The notes beneath the pieces were generated by a model. It was not told where the DNA came from, did no database searches, and worked only from the letters and a program-made list of their open reading frames with translations. Both the position numbers and the translations under genes were made by a program. Below, in pieces: positions 62,280 to 64,000 of a stretch of 64,000 bases of DNA. Positions within the stretch are counted from its first letter, which is position 1; the number at the start of each line of letters is the position of its first letter. The DNA comes from Octopus sinensis (taxonomy: Eukaryota): contig NC_042999.1 of the NCBI RefSeq assembly GCF_006345805.1, positions 146,196,001-146,260,000 on the forward strand, in the 5' to 3' direction.

Positions 62280-64000
62280 GTAAGATTCGTGTTTTTTATT
62301 CATTCAGTCTTCATTCTTTCTTTCTATTTTCTTTCTTTATATCATCCTTTCTGTCTTTCTATGTATATATTATCCAGTTTATCTGTATGTCTCATGAGAC
62401 AATGGATCTGCACCCAAAATGGTGAAAAATGTTTCATTTATGTGTGTATGTGATTACATGTGTGTGTGTGATTGCATCAGTGTAAGACCAATAGTTTTTA
62501 TACTCTAAAAGTCATCCTTCTCCACACCATTGATGTTGTCCCAGGGTGGGACAAGGATGAGTATAACATAGCTCTAGTGTAATGGCAAGTGTTATCATCT
62601 CAATAGAAAAGAGAAAAATAAGAAAAAAAATGACTGGAATTGCTATTGGAAGGTATGCTGTGCAATACTCTTATAGTTTATTTGAAAAACTTCAAACAGT
62701 TACTTAGTATTTTTGACTCTGAAAGGATGAAAAGTGAAGTTGGTTTCTTTGCAGAATTTGAATTCAGAGTGCAGAGACCTGGTAAATGTATCATAGGCTA
62801 TTCTATCCAATATTTTAATGCTTCTTGAATTCACCAGCATTTTTATATGTAAAATTATTATGAAAGTATTTCGTATTTGGATTTGGTTTGCAAGATTCTT
62901 TATGTGAGTTCATGTGTTAAATTATAAGGCACAAAAGAGAATGATTCTTCCCAGATACAACAGAATATTATGAAAATTTTGTGGAGAAAAAAACTGCAAT
63001 AAAGTGCCAGATAAATTGCCCTCCTGTACATAGTTACATAACTTTATGATTGACTATAAAGTGGTTGGAGTTGATATTGTCTTTCATCCTTCAAGGGTCT
63101 GTGAAATATGGACCATGCCAAAGAACATAATTAAAGGATCTGGTACCTCGTTTATGCCAAACATTCTGTATTTAACTTTATGGTGAAGTTAGACATTATG
63201 GTGTTGTTTAAGAAAGAATTGGCTGCTACTTCTAGCTGATCAAGAAAGTTTGCAAGGGTTTTGACTTTATTGTCTTATTCTTGTGTGTGTGTGTGTGTGC
63301 GTGTGTGTGTGCGCATGTGTGTGTGAGTGTCTGTGTGCTTGTGTGTGTGTGTGCTTGCTTGTGTGTGTTTATTTCCATGGTGACAGTTGTGATTTCCTGT
63401 ATGTTGGCAATGGGCACTTCTGATTGGTGAAAATTGCGTACGTTTAAATACATTTTTATAATTAATTTCTAGTGAAAATGAATGTGATTTTTGTCCTCAG
63501 AATGCAAAACTTCCTCAAAATATTTGAAAATATTTGGGGGTCATTTCAGAAAATTTTAATGGTTTGAAAGAATCTATCAAGGTCAGAATATCTTTTACAA
63601 GCATATGCATGTCAAATAACACATACATACAATGCTATCATCAGTAGGCTCATAGAGTACTGTACAAAATGAATGAATTCATACACTCTGATTATCTAAA
63701 TTAACACTAGAACATTTCATGACCAACTGAAAAGTTGCAATATATGTGTGCATTTTCTGCATGTGCATGCATGTATGTATATTGTACACACAAAAGCATA
63801 CACATATACATGCACACACACACACATATATATAATATACACATATAGTGACATATGCACATATCATAATACACATGTGTGCACATGTGTGTGTACATAT
63901 AAATATGTCTGTCTGTCTATCTACCTATCTAGTTATGTGAATATATGTTTGTAAGTCTTTGTCTGTGTGTGTGTGTGTGTGGCACCTTGGGCAAGTGTCT

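Noticed and set aside
62280-64000. FKBP exon 2
   Set aside because: No segment encoding the expected F-x-LG-x-G-x-VI-x-GW motif was found; it is probably beyond the window.

Overview
AT-rich, intron-rich animal genomic DNA. From memory, the SINE, RTE and microsatellite landscape matches Octopus/coleoid cephalopod genomes; this was not checked by search. Most of the long ORFs in the track are translations of (TA)n/(TATG)n microsatellites or of decayed retrotransposons. Two host genes are well supported: (1) a minus-strand WDR93 (CFAP297) orthologue with four phase-compatible coding exons (27064-26801, 16306-16108, 10343-10276, 6590-6509), presumably continuing left of the window, with an RFX X-box-like site upstream; (2) the first coding exon of a plus-strand ER-type FKBP prolyl isomerase (62065-62279). 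An unidentified plus-strand spliced ORF is also possible (exon candidates at 52177, 52489, 57347, 60359). The rest is a dense mix of tRNA-derived SINEs, RTE, CR1, Dong/R4 and Penelope retroelement fragments, maT (DD37D) and mariner DNA transposon relics, MITEs and microsatellites. The most unusual signals are: a tRNA-headed short element carrying a hammerhead-ribozyme core and an inverted 5' end (29555-29830); further hammerhead-like motifs; at least eight unrelated long fold-back palindromes that may be Penelope-type insertion footprints; a C4HC3 PHD finger embedded in the RT region of the dominant RTE family; and two (TA)n-bounded near-exact local duplications.
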